A stretch of DNA of 64,000 nucleotides. Origin: Chiloscyllium plagiosum (Eukaryota). The position numbers and the translations under genes are program-made. The stretch covers positions 7,543,135 through 7,607,134 of the forward strand of contig NC_057719.1 in the NCBI RefSeq assembly GCF_004010195.1, given 5' to 3'. Numbering within the stretch: the first letter of the stretch is position 1; each line of letters opens with the position of its first letter. The notes under the pieces were generated by a model, which saw only the letters and a program-made list of their open reading frames with translations, searched no databases and was not told where the DNA came from. Shown here one piece after another: positions 1-12,966 of this stretch.

Positions 1-845
1 ATCTTACTGAAACATCTGTAACCAGGAACCTCCAACAACCATTCCTCTTCTATCCACGTTTCCGTGATGGCCACAACATCGTAGTCCCAGGTACTGATCC
101 ACGCCTTAAGTTCACCCACCTTATTTCTGATACTCCTTGCGTTGAAGTATACGCACTTGAATCCATCTCTGTGTCCGCAAGTATTCCCTGTCAGTGCTAA
201 ACAAGTTTTTTATCCACCTAGCTAGAACACCCTGCACACCATGAGACTTCACTTTCTCTATTAGTTTACCATGGGGAACCTTATCAAACACTTTACTGAA
301 GTCCATGTATATGACATCTACAGCCCTTCTCTCATCTATCAACTTGGTCACTTCCTCAAAGAACTCTAGTAAGTTGGTAAGGCACGATCTACCCCGCACA
401 AAACCATGTTGCCTATCACTAATAAGCCCAGTCTTTTCCAAATATAAATAATATTTATCGCTCAGTACCTTCTCTAGCAACTTACCCACCACTGACGCCA
501 GGCTCGCTGGTCTGTAGTTACCTGCAATATCCCTACTACCCTTCTTGTACAGGGGGACAACATGAGCAACCCTCCAGTCCTTCGGCACCTCACCTGTATT
601 TAAGGATGCCACAAAGTTATCTGTCAGGGCCCCAGCTATATCCTCTCTCGCCTCCCTCAGCAACCTGGGATAGATCCCATCTGGTCCTGGGGATTTGTCC
701 ACCTTAATAACTTCTAGCCTACCCAACACATCTTCCTTACTTATGTCAACATGAAGCAAGTAAACAAATTTCTGTCTAGAATCTCAGCATTCATCATCTC
801 CTGTTCCTCAGTGAACGCTGATGCAAAGTAATCATTGAGAATCTA
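1..845 (-). mobile_element. CR1 LINE ORF2 fragments (RT joined to an APE N-terminal piece)
   Basis: ORF 121-759 has KSPGPDGIYPRLL, GNYRP, QHGFVRGRSCLTNLLEFFEEVT and YMDFSKVFDKVPH. Near 195 it switches to endonuclease sequence (WDYDVVAITETW). Confidence 0.9.
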
Positions 846-1704
846 TGACAGAGACTAGCTCTTCCCTTCATGATACTGTATTCTGTAGTGCACATTCTCA
901 AACTTCAAAGCCTCTTTTGGATAGGAAATGAGAAAAACAGTGAGCATAAAGTTGTGTGTCCTTTATAATCTCTGTCTGAGACAATTGATCCTGAAATCAA
1001 CACATGCATCTCACCAGCTGCAACAGACATGTTCAAACAGAGTGAAAGCCAGTTTCCTTATTGTTCCCCCATTCTAATACATAAGACCATGAGAAATAGG
1101 AACTGAACTAGGCTGTTGTGCTCCTGAAGCCTGCTCCACCATTCAATAGGATAGTGGTCGATGCGACATTCCCCATCTCCACTTTCCTGCCCTTTCCCTC
1201 TAACCCATGATTCCCCAACTGATCAAGAATCTCTCTCAGCCTTAAGAACTCTGCTCCCATGGCTTTCTGTGGCAAGGAGAAGAAAGTCCTCCTCATCTCA
1301 GTCTTGGTGTCACTTAATTCTAAGTTTATTCAGTTTGGTCCTAGACTCTCCCATGAGGGGAAATATTCTCTCAGCAGTTACCCTGTTAAACTCCTTCAGA
1401 ATCTGATAAATCTCACTGAGATTACCTCTGTTCATAACTGTTTACTGTCAGGAAACTCTGGTCACTGGAGACAGAGGCCACCACTGTCAATACTATGGGA
1501 AATAGCCACTCGGTTTGCCATTGATCTTTGAGCCATGTTCAGAGTTGCACGGTGACAAAATGCTTCCATGAACCTCTGCTCCTTGTCATTGGAGAACCTG
1601 GCAACTGGTGTCTCCATGTAATAATGACAAATGGATACAATGCCCCACAGAGAAACCTTGTCGATTGGATTCATCCAAGGGCACCGGTAGGTGAAGGTCA
1701 ACCA

Positions 1705-2285
1705 ACTTGTGGCATTCTTGCCTCGGAGTCAGAAACCTGTGCCTTCAAGCCCCAGTCCAAAGATGTGCAGGTCAGGTGAATTGTCCATGTTAAATTGCCC
1801 ACAGTGCTAGGTGCATTAGTCAGAGGGAAAATGGAACTGGGTGGGTTACTCTTTGGCGTGGTCGGTGTGGACTTGTTTGGCCGAAGGGCCTGTTTTCGCA
1901 CTGTAGGGATTCTAATCTAATCTAATCCAGAGACTCAAACACAAAATTGAACCTGCTGTACTGACGGAGCACTGGGCTACCAGAGATCACATTTCAGAAG
2001 AGATGCTAAACTGGAGACCGCCGATCTCTTTAGTTGCTTTAAGGGCTCTCGTGACATTATTTTGAAAAAGACCATGAGTTGTTCTCCATGACCAACATTT
2101 ACATCTCAATGAAGGCCACTAAAAAGCAGAATGCTTTGCCAGTATTTCATTGGTGTTTGCAATCCTTGCTGGGCCCAAAATGGCTACTGAGTCTCCCTCA
2201 TTACAATCGTAACTAGACTTCAGAGGTGCTTTGTTGGCATAAACCACATTAGAATGTGGTGGTGACAGGTGCTAAACAAATGGCA
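1705..2285 (+). mobile_element. Old Deu-domain SINE (SacSINE1-like), interrupted by an HE1 fragment
   Basis: tRNA-like head (cttgcctcggagtcagaa...ttcaagcccc) and a degenerate Deu-like body (attattttgaaaaaga...aaaatggctactg...cattacaa...cttca); recognised by eye. Confidence 0.55.
1752..1926 (+). mobile_element. HE1-type SINE, 3' part
   Basis: cagtccaaagatgtgcaggtcaggtgaattg...ggccgaagggcctgttt followed by a (tctaa)n tail. Confidence 0.85.
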
Positions 2286-2296
2286 AAAAATTTTTT

Positions 2297-2500
2297 TAGA
2301 TTAGATTACAGTGTGGAAACAGGCCCTTCGGCCCAACAAGTCCACACCGACCCACCGAAGCAACCCCTACATTTACCCTTTACCTAACACTACGGGCAAT
2401 TTAGCATGGCCAATTCACCTAACCTGCACATCTTTGGACTGTGGGAGGAAACCGGAGCACCCGGAGGAAACCCACGCAGACACGGGGAGAACGTGCAAAC
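2297..2500 (-). mobile_element. HE1-type SINE, partial
   Basis: (agatt)n tail, then reverse complement of the V-domain (ggaggaaaccggagcacccggaggaaacccacgcagacacgggg). Confidence 0.85.
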
Positions 2501-2835
2501 CTCCTAACAGTGGTCAGGACCAGGGACGCAACATGTACCGGGAAATAGAGAAGGCATGTCAGAAAGGCAAGGTTACATTGATCATGGGAGACTTCAATAT
2601 GCAGGTGGACTGGGTAAATAATGTTGTTAGTGGATCTAAAGAAAGGGAATTCATGGAATGCTTACAGGATGGGAATTGAGCCCCGGTTTCTGGCGCTGTG
2701 AGGCAGCCCATAATTTCTTTCTCTGTATTCCAAGGCAGTTTGGGAATTAAGGAACCTTCAGGCCAATTATCCAAATGTTTACGGTGTTGATTGTGAGGAG
2801 AAATTCACCTAAGACCAGGGATTGATTGCAGATCT

Positions 2836-3949
2836 TCTTGATGCAATGATGTCCTAGACACTCTGATAAAAAGCCTGGAAATTTTAATGAATGATTTGGT
2901 TTTAAATTTGTAATTGAAGGCCATCTTGCTATGGATTGTACTCAATTCCATGCTTGGCTTTGTAAACCATTGAGCTGACTGATAGAACAACCAGAACATA
3001 CTGCCTTGATCTTGTACTACAGATCGATTTCTAATGTGACCAGTTTTACGGAATGGGTCATTGATTGTGATAAGCCACCAGGATAGCAGCATCAGGTAAA
3101 ACTGAACACTCTTATATCTAGAGAAGAGATTTATAGCGGGGGGGTGACCTGAAGGTGTAACTTAACACCATGAATGGAGGCAACTGAGTAAACATAGAGA
3201 AAATGTTTCCCCTTGACAAAGAAAAATCCATAACAACCAGAGCGCATCAACATAAGATGGGCACCAATAACTCCAAGAAGGTAATTAGGAAAACCTTTTA
3301 TTTCACCATGGGGCAGGAAGTGTGTGGAATTCTGTCCTGGAAAGAGGAGCTGAGGCAGGATGCTGTCAATATCTTTAAGGGGAGGCTAGAGAGGGTTAGA
3401 AGGAGATTCTGATGGAGTTGTATTAAATAAGTTGGGAGGAGGCATGTGTGCAGCATATTTTCTGATCTGGACTTGCCGCCCTATTTCTGTATGATTACCT
3501 GTTATTTACGTAATACTATGCAGGAAAACAAAGTCGGACTTACATTGTATTCTTTCACTAGAGTGCCAACACCTCCCTCTTCTGCCAATCCCATGCTACT
3601 GCAATTCTCTAATTATCAAACTGAGCAAATTGTCAAGCAACGGATGCCCAAAATAGAGTCTCCCTGAAAGTCAGCAAAGCATCAAGCTTCCTTCCACACT
3701 GGCACTGGGTGACTAATTTTGCCAAGATCATCCGGTTCAGAGGAGGTGCCAAGATTTAGGTGACAATAGCAGGCCAACACGATGCCCCTTAGCAATCAAG
3801 CAGCCAAAAATAGAGACTGGGACTTCAGATCTCTTCTGAAGGTCTATCCAGTACCCACGATGGCCCCCAATTACAAACTTAAAACCAAATTATTCGTTAA
3901 AATTTCCAGACTTTTAATCAGAGTGTCTAGGACATCATTGCATCCGAGC
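2836..3949. repeat. Pair of about 100-bp inverted repeats (2836-2938 and 3847-3949)
   Basis: gatgcaatgatgtcctagacactctgataaaaagcctggaaattttaa... is the reverse complement of ...ttaaaatttccagacttttaatcagagtgtctaggacatcattgcatc. The ORF track gives a near-identical peptide on opposite strands. Confidence 0.85.
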
Positions 3950-3952
3950 TTT

Positions 3953-4670
3953 TTTTATTCATTCCTGGGATGTGGGTGTCGCTGGCTGGGCCCAGCATTT
4001 ATTGCCCATCTCTAGTTGCCCCTTGAGAAGGTGGGGGTAAACTGCCTTCTTGAACCGCTGCAGTCCTTTTGTGCTGTAGGTTGACCCACAATACCCTGAG
4101 GGAGGGCCAATGAAGGAACGACGATATATTTCCAAGTCAGAAAGGTGAGTGGCTTGGAGGTGGTGTTCCCAGAGACTGCTGCCCATGCCATTTTCGTTGA
4201 AAGGTGCTGTCTGAGGATCTTTGGTGAGATTCTGCAGTGTATCTTGTGGATAGTACACACCACAGCACCTGAACATCAGTGGTGGAGGGAGTGGATGCTT
4301 GTGGATGTGGTGCCAATCAAGCGGGCTGCTTTGCCCCGGATGGTGTCAAGCTTCTTGAGATTTGTTGGAGCTGCACCCAACCAGGGCAAGTGGGGGGGTA
4401 TTCCATCACATTTCTGACTTGTATCTTCTGGATGGTGGACAGGCTTTAGGGAGTCAGGTCACAGTATTCCTAACCTTTGACCTCCTCTTGAAGCCAGTGT
4501 ATTTATGTGATGGGTTCAGTTGAGTTTCTGGTCAATGATAAGTCCCAGGATGTTGATAGTGGGAGACTCTGTGATGGTAACACCATTGAATGTCAATCGG
4601 CAGTGGTTAGATTGTCTCTTACTGGTGATGGTCATAGCCTGGCATTTTTGTGATGTGAACGTCACTTGCT
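3953..4670 (-). mobile_element. 3' part of a second CR1/L2-superclade LINE family ('family B')
   Basis: Peptide KCQAMTI...LTFNGVTITESPTINILGLIIDQKLN and tail gatgggcaataaatgctgg...cacatcccaggaatgaataaa. Related pieces lie at about 25030-25500, 26790-27270 and 46660-47015. Confidence 0.7.
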
Positions 4671-5099
4671 TGATTATCAGCTTTCTTTGATTGCTGTCCT
4701 GCAAACCCAACTCCTTTCGGCCTATTCCAGATTAGAAGTAGCTCCCATTTCTGAAGGTAGGTCCCCAGACTCGAAACACCAACTCTGTTTCTGTCTACAC
4801 AGATGCTGCCAGACCTGCTGAGTTTCTCCAGCAAACTCTGTTTTCGACACAAAGGTACTTAATCAGGTCAAAAAAAATCCAAAGAACTGCGGATGCTCAA
4901 AATCTGAAATAAAAACAGAAAGTACTGGAGACACTCAGCAGGTCTGACAGCATGTTTGTAGAGAAAGCAAAATTAACATTTTAGGTCCAGTGACTCCTTT
5001 TCAGAAATGGGTCAGCAAAACTGATTATTATCTTCTGAAGAAAAATTGCTAACCAAGATTATTACCTTCCTTTTGATAGCTTTATCAATAAATAATTGC

Positions 5100-6262
5100 G
5101 GGAAAGATTTAAAAGGGACCTAAGGGACAATCTTATCACGCAGAGGATGGTGCACGTAGGGAATTAGCTGCCAGAGGAGGTGTGTGGAGGCTGGCACAAT
5201 TACAACAATTGAAAAGCATCTGAATGGGTATATGAGTAGGGAGGGTTTGAGGGATATGAGCCAAATGCTGGCAAATGGGACTGGACTAATTTAGGCTAAC
5301 TGGTCGACATGTATGAGTTGGACCAAAGGGTCTATGTCCAAGCTGTACATTTCGATGAGTCTGTGTAATGCTGGTTTTGCAAAGGTCCCAGTGGAAGCCC
5401 ATCAGTTGGTGTTTCAGCTGTGAAGAGAGTATGGAGTTGGGCTTTTTGAGTTTTGATATAGAAGACCAATTCTGGTCTCCTTCCTATTGGAAGGATGTTG
5501 TGAAACTTGAAAGGGTTCAGAAAAGGTTTACAAGGATGTTGCCAGGGTTGAAGGATCTGAGCTATAGGGAGAGGCTGAACAGGCTGGGGCTGTTTTCCCT
5601 GGAGCGTCGGAGGCTGAGGGGTGACCTTATCAAAGTTTATAAAATCATGAGGAGTGTGGGTAGGGTAAATACACAAAGTCGTTTCCCTGGGTTGGGGGAG
5701 TCCAAAAGTAGAGGGCATAGATTTGAGAGGGGAAAGATATGAAAGGGACCTAAAGGGCAATTTTTAAAAAATCTAGAACTTCAAAGGGAAAAGATCAATA
5801 TCTCCAGTCAGCTAACTGCAGCATCATACCTGCGTATGATGGTGCATGTGCGAAATGAGCTGCGAGAGGAAGTGGTGGAGGCTGGTACAGTTACAGCATT
5901 TAAAAGGCATCTCGATGGGTATATGAATAGGAAGGGTTTAGAGGGATATGGGCCAAATGCTGGCAATGAGTTTCCTCCGGGTGCTCCGGTTTCCTCCCAC
6001 AATCCAAAGATGTGCAGGTCAGGTGAATTGGCCATGCTAAATTGTCCATAGTGTTAGGTGCATTAGTCAGCGGGAAAGTGGTCTAGGTGGGTTACTCTTC
6101 AGAGGGTCAGGGTGGACTGGTTGGAACGAAGGGCCTGTTTCCACACTGTAGGAAATCTAATCCAATCAAAAAATTGGGACGAGATTAGGTTAGGATATCT
6201 GATTGGTATGAATGAGTTGGACTGAAGCGTCTGTTTCCGTTCTGTACATCTCTATGACTCTA
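5100..6262 (+). mobile_element. Cluster of CR1 3' fragments with a nested HE1 fragment (5968-6168)
   Basis: [48 protein letters not shown]; tails ending ctctatgactct. Confidence 0.85.
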
Positions 6263-7802
6263 TAACTAAGATCATGTGAGACAATTAACATTTTAAAATA
6301 TAAAACTTTTTAATGGAATGGATTATTAGCAGTGCCAAGAAATGGTACAAACTCACCAGTCACCTCACCTGTGCTCAGTTTATGATCCCCAAGAAGTATT
6401 TAATTGCGGATCACATTGCAGCCTTGGTCGAAACATCAATATGAGAGATGGATTACATAGGAGGGGTGAAAGCAGTCTCAAGGGTCTTACATCAAGGCAA
6501 CAATTCATCAAGTGTGAGCAAAACTGTTACAATGGCACGTAACAGATGGAAAACTCCACTGGTTGGGGTCATACTAAGCACAAAGGATACTAGTCCTAGG
6601 GGACGGAAATTGTCAGAAGCCAATCACTTCACACCCAGGACGTCCTCAGTGCCATAGGTCTAACCATCTTCAGCTGCTTCATCATTGACTTCTCTTAATC
6701 GTAAAATAACAAAATGAAACAATATTGTAAAAAAAGACATTTTGAAAGGTCTCAAATTTCACCTGACTTCAATGTACAATTTTGTTGCCGTAAGTTTAAA
6801 TTAGCAGGATATGATGCTGTAATTAACTGACTCGAGATATTGATCTTTTCCCTTGAAGTTCTAGATGTTTAAAAATTAACTTGTTCATAGATGTTATGAA
6901 TCACCTCTGGCAGAGGTGGACTTGAACCACCATGTCTCAAGGTTGGGTGAAATGAAACGCGAGTGTGAAGCTGCGTTTACAGTACAGCATGTTTATATTG
7001 TGTCCAAAAGTGTTAGGACACAGCTTGCCTCAAATGCAAGTCTTTGTCACATAAGAACTTTATTAAAAGGCATTGTTTTCAACTCCTGTTCTTAGAACCT
7101 GCTTTTCACTTCCTGCTTTCAAGATTTTATAATTACAGAAACATTTATTTGGAAAAGCGTAGTGTGATTAAAGGTAGCCAGCATGGCTTTGTGAGGGCAG
7201 GTCATGCCTCACTAATCTTATTGAGCTCTTTGAGGGGGTGACAAGGTAGGTCGATGACGGTCAAGCAGTGGATGTGGTGTATATGGACTTCAGCAAGGCA
7301 TTTGATAAGGTTCCCCATGGTAGGCTCATTCATAAAGTCAGGAAGTATGGGATACAGGGAGATTTGGCTATCTAGATTCAGGGTTGGTTGGCTGACAGAA
7401 GGCAGAGAGTGGTTGTAGATGGAAAGTATTCTGCCTGGAGGTCAGTGTTGAGTGGTGTCTCGCAGGGCTCTGTTCTTGGGCCTCTGCTCTTTGTAGTTTT
7501 TATAAATGACTTGGATGAGGAGTGAGTTAGTTGGGGGGTGAGTTAATTAATTTGCAGATGACACAAAGGTTGGAGGTGCTGTTGATAGTATCGAGGGCTG
7601 TTGCAGGCTGCTGCGTGACATAGACAGGATGCAGAGCTGGGCTGAGAAATGGCAGATGGAATTCAACCTGGATAAATGTGAAGAGATGCATTTTGGAAGG
7701 TCGAACTCGAATGCTGAATATAGGATTGAAGACAGGATTCTTGGCAGTGTGGAGGAACAGGATCTTGGTGTTCAAGTACATAGATCCCTCAAAGTTGCCA
7801 CC

Positions 7803-7980
7803 TACGTTTTGGATGTAGGTTTGCTCACTGAGCTGGAAGCACTGCTGAAAATTCGCCTGAGGCCCACTGAAGATATTACCTAGTAGGGTGATGAAATGTC
7901 TGGAAATGAACCTTCCAGCTCAGTGAGCAAACCTACATCCAAAACCTCAACCTGAGCTACAAATCTTCTCAAAATTCACG
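7803..7980 (+). mobile_element. Short Poseidon-type Penelope terminal-repeat insert with inverted 5' stub
   Basis: 7807-7839 is the inverted copy of 7912-7944. The 3' end is homologous to the element end at 53098-53210. TGCCACC is duplicated at 7796-7802 and 7981-7987. Confidence 0.8.
7864..7903 (+). ncRNA. Minimal type-I hammerhead ribozyme motif (degenerate)
   Basis: cca CTGAAGA t attacc tagtag ggtgat GAAA tg TC tgg: CUGANGA and GAAA cores, stem II, NUH triplet and a cca/tgg stem I. Confidence 0.65.
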
Positions 7981-8491
7981 TGCCACCCAAGTGGATAGGG
8001 TTGTTAAGAAAACATGGTGATTTGGCTTTTATTAATAGGGGGATCGATTTTAAGAGCTGCGAGATTTTGCTACAGCTCTACAAGTCCCTGGTGAGACCAT
8101 ACTTGGAATACTATGTCCAGTTCTGGTTGCCCTACTACAGGAAAGATACAGAGGCTTTGGAGAGGGTGCAAAGAAGGTTTACCAGGATGCTTCCTGGACT
8201 GGAGGGCTTGTCTTATGAAGAGAAGTTGACTAAGTTCGGATTTTTGACCTGATCGAGGTAGACAAGGTAATGAGAAGCATGGATAGAGTCAATAGCCAGA
8301 GACTTTTCCCCAGTGCAGGATTGACTGGCACGAGGGGTTATCATTTTAAGATATTAGGAGAAAAGTATAGAGGGGACGTCAGAGGAAGGTTCTTTATGCA
8401 GGGAGTTGTGAATGCATGGACTGCATTGCCAGTGGTGGTGGTGGAAGTAGAGTCATTAGGGATATTTAAGTGACTGCTGGACATGAACATG

Positions 8492-8546
8492 GACCTGATG
8501 AAGGAGCAGCACTCCGAAAGCTAGTGCTTCCCAAATAAACCAGTTG
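8492..8546 (+). ncRNA. Minimal hammerhead motif from a different PLE-type terminal-repeat family
   Basis: c CTGATGA a ggag cagca ctcc GAAA gc TA g, followed by cttcccaaataaacc. A degenerate homolog lies at about 61088-61172. Confidence 0.65.
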
Positions 8547-8699
8547 TTATCATGAGCTCTGACATACTGCCATTCTGACTCAGATCATCTGAAATTGCTC
8601 TCCAAGACTCTGAAATGCTCCCTAGGCTTAAAAACTATGGGCTGGTTGTGCCACTGATAACGGTAATTGTAGCTAGGACCATGGAAATAACTGATAAAA

Positions 8700-10000
8700 G
8701 GATAACTAGGGAGAGATTTGGCCCCTTAAAGATCAGCAAGGCCACCTATGTGTGGAACCGCAGGAGATGGGGGAGATACTGAACAAGGATTTTGCATCAG
8801 TGTTTACTGTGGATAAGGATATGGAAGATAGAGAATGTGGGGAAATAAATAGCAACATCTTGAAAAATATCAATGTTACAGAGGAGGAGGTGCTGGACAT
8901 CTTAAAATGCAAAAAAGGCGGATAAATCCTTATGACCTGATCAGGTGTACCCCAGAACTCTGTGGGAAGCGATTGCTGGGCCCCTTGCTGATATATTTGT
9001 AACATGGATAGTCACAGGTGAGGTGCTGGAAGACTGGAGGTTGGCTAATGTGGTGCCACTATTTAAGAAAGGTGGTAATGAAAAACCAGGGAACTATAGA
9101 CTGGCGATCCTGACATCAGTGGTGGACATGTTATTGGAGGGAATCTTGAGGGACAGGATGTATACATATTTGGAAAGGCAAGGACTGATGAGGGATAGTC
9201 AACATGGCTTTGTGTGTGGGAAATCATGTCTCACGAACTTGATTGAGTTTTTTGTGGAAGTAACAAAGAGGATTGATGAGGGCAGAGCAGTGGACATGAC
9301 CTATATGGACTTCAGTAAGGCGTTCAACAAGGTTCCTTATGTTAGACTGATTAGGAAGGTTAGGTCACATGGAATACAGGGAGAACTAGCCATTTGGATA
9401 GTGTGCTTGCCTTTATTGGTTAGTGCATTGAATATAGGAATTGGAAGGTCATGTTGCAGCTGTACGGGACATTGGTTCGGTCACCTTTAGAATATTGTGA
9501 GCAATTCTGGTCTCCCTGCTTTAGGAAGGATGTCGTGAAATTTGAAAGGGTTCAGAAAAGATTTACAAGAATGTTGTCAGAGTTGGAGCGTTTGAGCTAT
9601 AAGGAGAGGTTGAATAGACTGGGGCTATTTTCCCTGGTGTATCTGAGGCTGCAGGGGATAAATAAAGTAAGTCGCCAATGTCTTTCCCTGGTGTGGGGGG
9701 AGGCCAAAAATAGAGGGCACAGGTTTAAGGTGAGAGGGGAAAGATATAAAAGGGACCTCAGGGGCAATTGTTTGACACAGAGAGTGGCGCGTGTATGGAG
9801 CAAGGTGTGAAAAAAAGTGGAGGAGGTTGGAACAATTATAACATGTAAAAGACATCTAGATGGGTATATGAAAAGGAAGGATTAGAGCGATATGGGCCAA
9901 CTGCTGGTAAATGGAACTAGATTAATTCAGGATATCTGGTCAGCATAGACGAGTTGGACCAAAGGGTCTGTTTCCGTGCTGTACACCTCTATGACTCTGT
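8700..10000 (+). mobile_element. CR1 LINE ORF2, internally deleted, with 3' tail
   Basis: ORFs 8945-9490 and 9451-9810 carry CR1 RT and C-terminal motifs; tail ctctatgactct. Confidence 0.9.
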
Positions 10001-11406
10001 AACAGAATGTGCAATTCAATGTCTGAGTAGAAAAGGTAAATCACATCACTGGACAGATCTAGGAAAAGAAGAAATATTAAGTATAATAGAAATCTAAGTT
10101 TAAATATTAATTATTACAAAATAATATTTTAAAAGGGCTAACCATATTAATGAAAGATTACCTTAATCCCTGAGTGAGTGGGCTTCCTTCAGCTTGTTTG
10201 TTGAATCTATGCTTTCTGAACAGATCTCAGATAATTATAGTAAACTTTGAGGCTGTATAATTAATTTCTGAGAGAAGTATTTCAGAGATGTTTTGTTGAT
10301 CATTATGAAGCCAGCCCTGAAAAGACCACCCACTCAAATTAGTGTATTGCTTTAACTCCATGACCTGACATAGAGGTTGGACGTGGTTTTTAACAGCTAT
10401 GATGGTCAGGTATTCCCTGAGTCAGAGACTGGCTTTATGTCAGATATTATGACTTGGATCAAAAGTTTTGATCTCATTTTGATTTCAGTTATCAGAGGCT
10501 CTGCCCTATGCTTTACATTCAAAAACATCAGTTGTTGCGATTGCTATTTGGGTCTGTGACTGCATGGACACACAAATTAGCAGCAGGAGTAAGCCACTTG
10601 GCCCCTTGAGCCTGTTCTGCTATCCAATAATTTAATGGCCTATCTGTTTGTCCCACATTTCCACTGACCCCTGATAACTTCTCATGCCTTTGTTTATGGG
10701 GAATCTATCTATTCTGTCTTTAAAAAAATTCAAAAACCCAGATTCCACCGCCTTTCCCAACCCAAATGTGAAGGAAAAAGAAATTCTCCTCATGTCAGTC
10801 TTAAATGGGTGACCCCTTACGTTTAAACAGTGACTTCCAGTTATTGACCCTCCCAATAAGAGGAACAATGCTCTTTCATATCCACCTGCTCAAGACCCCT
10901 GAGGACCATGTATATTTCAATCAAGTTGCCTCTTATTCTTTGAAACTCCAGCGAACACAAACCTTTCTGCCCAACCAATCCTCATAAGACAGCTCCTCCA
11001 ACCCAGTAAACCTTCTCTGAATTGTTTCCAGGGCTTTTACATCCTTCCTCAAGTAAGAAGACCAATGTCATACATGGTACTCCAGAATTGTACAGGTCAT
11101 TCTGCTACAATGCAAGTTTCATTACTGTGAATTTGCTAAAACACATTTGGGGACACTGTTGCTATAGTGTGAACTTTTAAAGCGTGTATTGGCTTTAATG
11201 TGATTCCGGCCCCATTAGTTTAAATGGTGCTGCTTTTACACAACTTCCTTGTAACATGGGATTGCATGAGAACAGAGCCATCATGTTACAGCAGAACTGA
11301 CTGTATGCTTATCAGTGAATTGACGTTACCGAAAAAGAAGCAAAGCAAATCTTTGCAAGCTGTTCTGATTTTTGTTCTCGAAGTAAATAAATAATATTTT
11401 CTGCTG

Positions 11407-11998
11407 ACAAGGGACTAAGTCTCCTAAACATATACTCCTGCATTATGACCATATTATAGTTCAATAATGCTCCACATCTCGCCAAGGGCACAATTGCTCA
11501 GATCCCTATAAGATTCCAATATTCTTTTTCTTCAGCACAGTACAGGCCCTTCAGCCCTCGATGCTGTGCTGACCTTCTTTCTGTTCTAAGATCAAACTAA
11601 CCTGTATACCCTACATTGTACTATGTGCCTATCCAAGAGTCGCTTAAATGTCCCTAATGTATCTGACTCTACTATCACTGCTGGTAGTGCATTCCACACA
11701 CCCACCACTTGTTGGGATTAGATTAGATTAGATTCCCTACAGTGTGGAAACAGGCTCTTCGGCCCAACAAGTTCACAACAACCTTCCAAAGAGAAACTTG
11801 TCCAGACCATTCCCCTACATTTACACCAGACTAATGTATGACACTGTTTGAAATGGATAATTAAGAACTTATATTTTTCATCATAATTCAGTAGTTAATA
11901 TACCTGAGACTAGCTTTACAAGGGACTAAGTCTTCTAACCTTATACTCCTGTGTTATGACCATATTAAAATTCAATAATGCCATACATCTCGCCAAGG
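11407..11998 (+). repeat. Dispersed 81-bp direct repeat (11407-11487 and 11918-11998)
   Basis: acaagggactaagtct..ta....tatactcctg..ttatgaccatatta...ttcaataatgc...acatctcgccaagg occurs twice, separated by CR1 and HE1 tail fragments. Confidence 0.85.
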
Positions 11999-12966
11999 CC
12001 CTTAATTATTAACGAAATATGAATTCCAGCAGCTGCCATGATTGGAATTGAACCAGTGTCCCCAGAGTATTAGATTGAATCTTGGGACCACTAGGTCAGT
12101 AATGTTACCATGACACCATTTCCCCCTTATGTTGTTTCTTTAATATTTAGCCACTTCATGAACTATAATGTATCAGTGAACTAGGCTGTAGGTTTCGCTG
12201 TGTCCATGGTAACAAGTGGCATGTCTGCAATGCAGCTCGACCAAGGAAATCTATTCTGAATAAAAGCCAATGATCGGTTTGCCATCTGTTTGTTAGTAAA
12301 CAGCGCGTAGTGTCTACAATCAGTCATCTGTTCCTGCTGCACCATCTGAGTTTGACTTATGACTGAGTACACTTAAGGCTGAGGTGGAGTCTCAGGGAAT
12401 CTCTGGGGATCAGATGGAAAAGTGAAATTGGAGCTCTGGATCAGTGATAATTCGTCTGAATGAATTGTAGTCTTGACATATGTCAATGATCTAATCTTGC
12501 TTATGTGTCTTGTGTTCCTGTTACTGTTCTGTTTCATAAACTAATTAATTTAAACACTGACAAATCCCCTGGACACAATGAAATGTAGCCAAGAGTCTTC
12601 AAGGAATTGGCTGTGGTGGATAGTGGTTATACCAAGTCGAACATAGAACATAGAACAATATAGCGCAGAACAGGCCCTTCGGCCCTCAATGTTGCGCCAA
12701 CCTGTGAATTAATCTAAGCCCATCCCCCTACCCTATCCCATCATCATCCATGTGCTTATCCAAGGATTGTTTAAATGCCCCAAATGTGGCTGAGTTAACT
12801 ACATCGGCAGACAGAGCATTCCAGGCCCTTACCACTCTCTGAGTAAAGAACCTGCCTCTGACATCTGTCTTAAATCTATTACCCCTCAATTTGCAGCTAT
12901 GCCCCCTTGTACAAGCCGGCGTCATTATCCTTGGAAAAAGGACTCTCACTTTCCACCCTATTTAAT

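Larger units (their letters stand above)
7130..8492 (+). mobile_element. CR1 LINE RT to 3' region, decayed
   Basis: [43 protein letters not shown]; interrupted by a PLE insert at 7803-7980. Confidence 0.9.
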
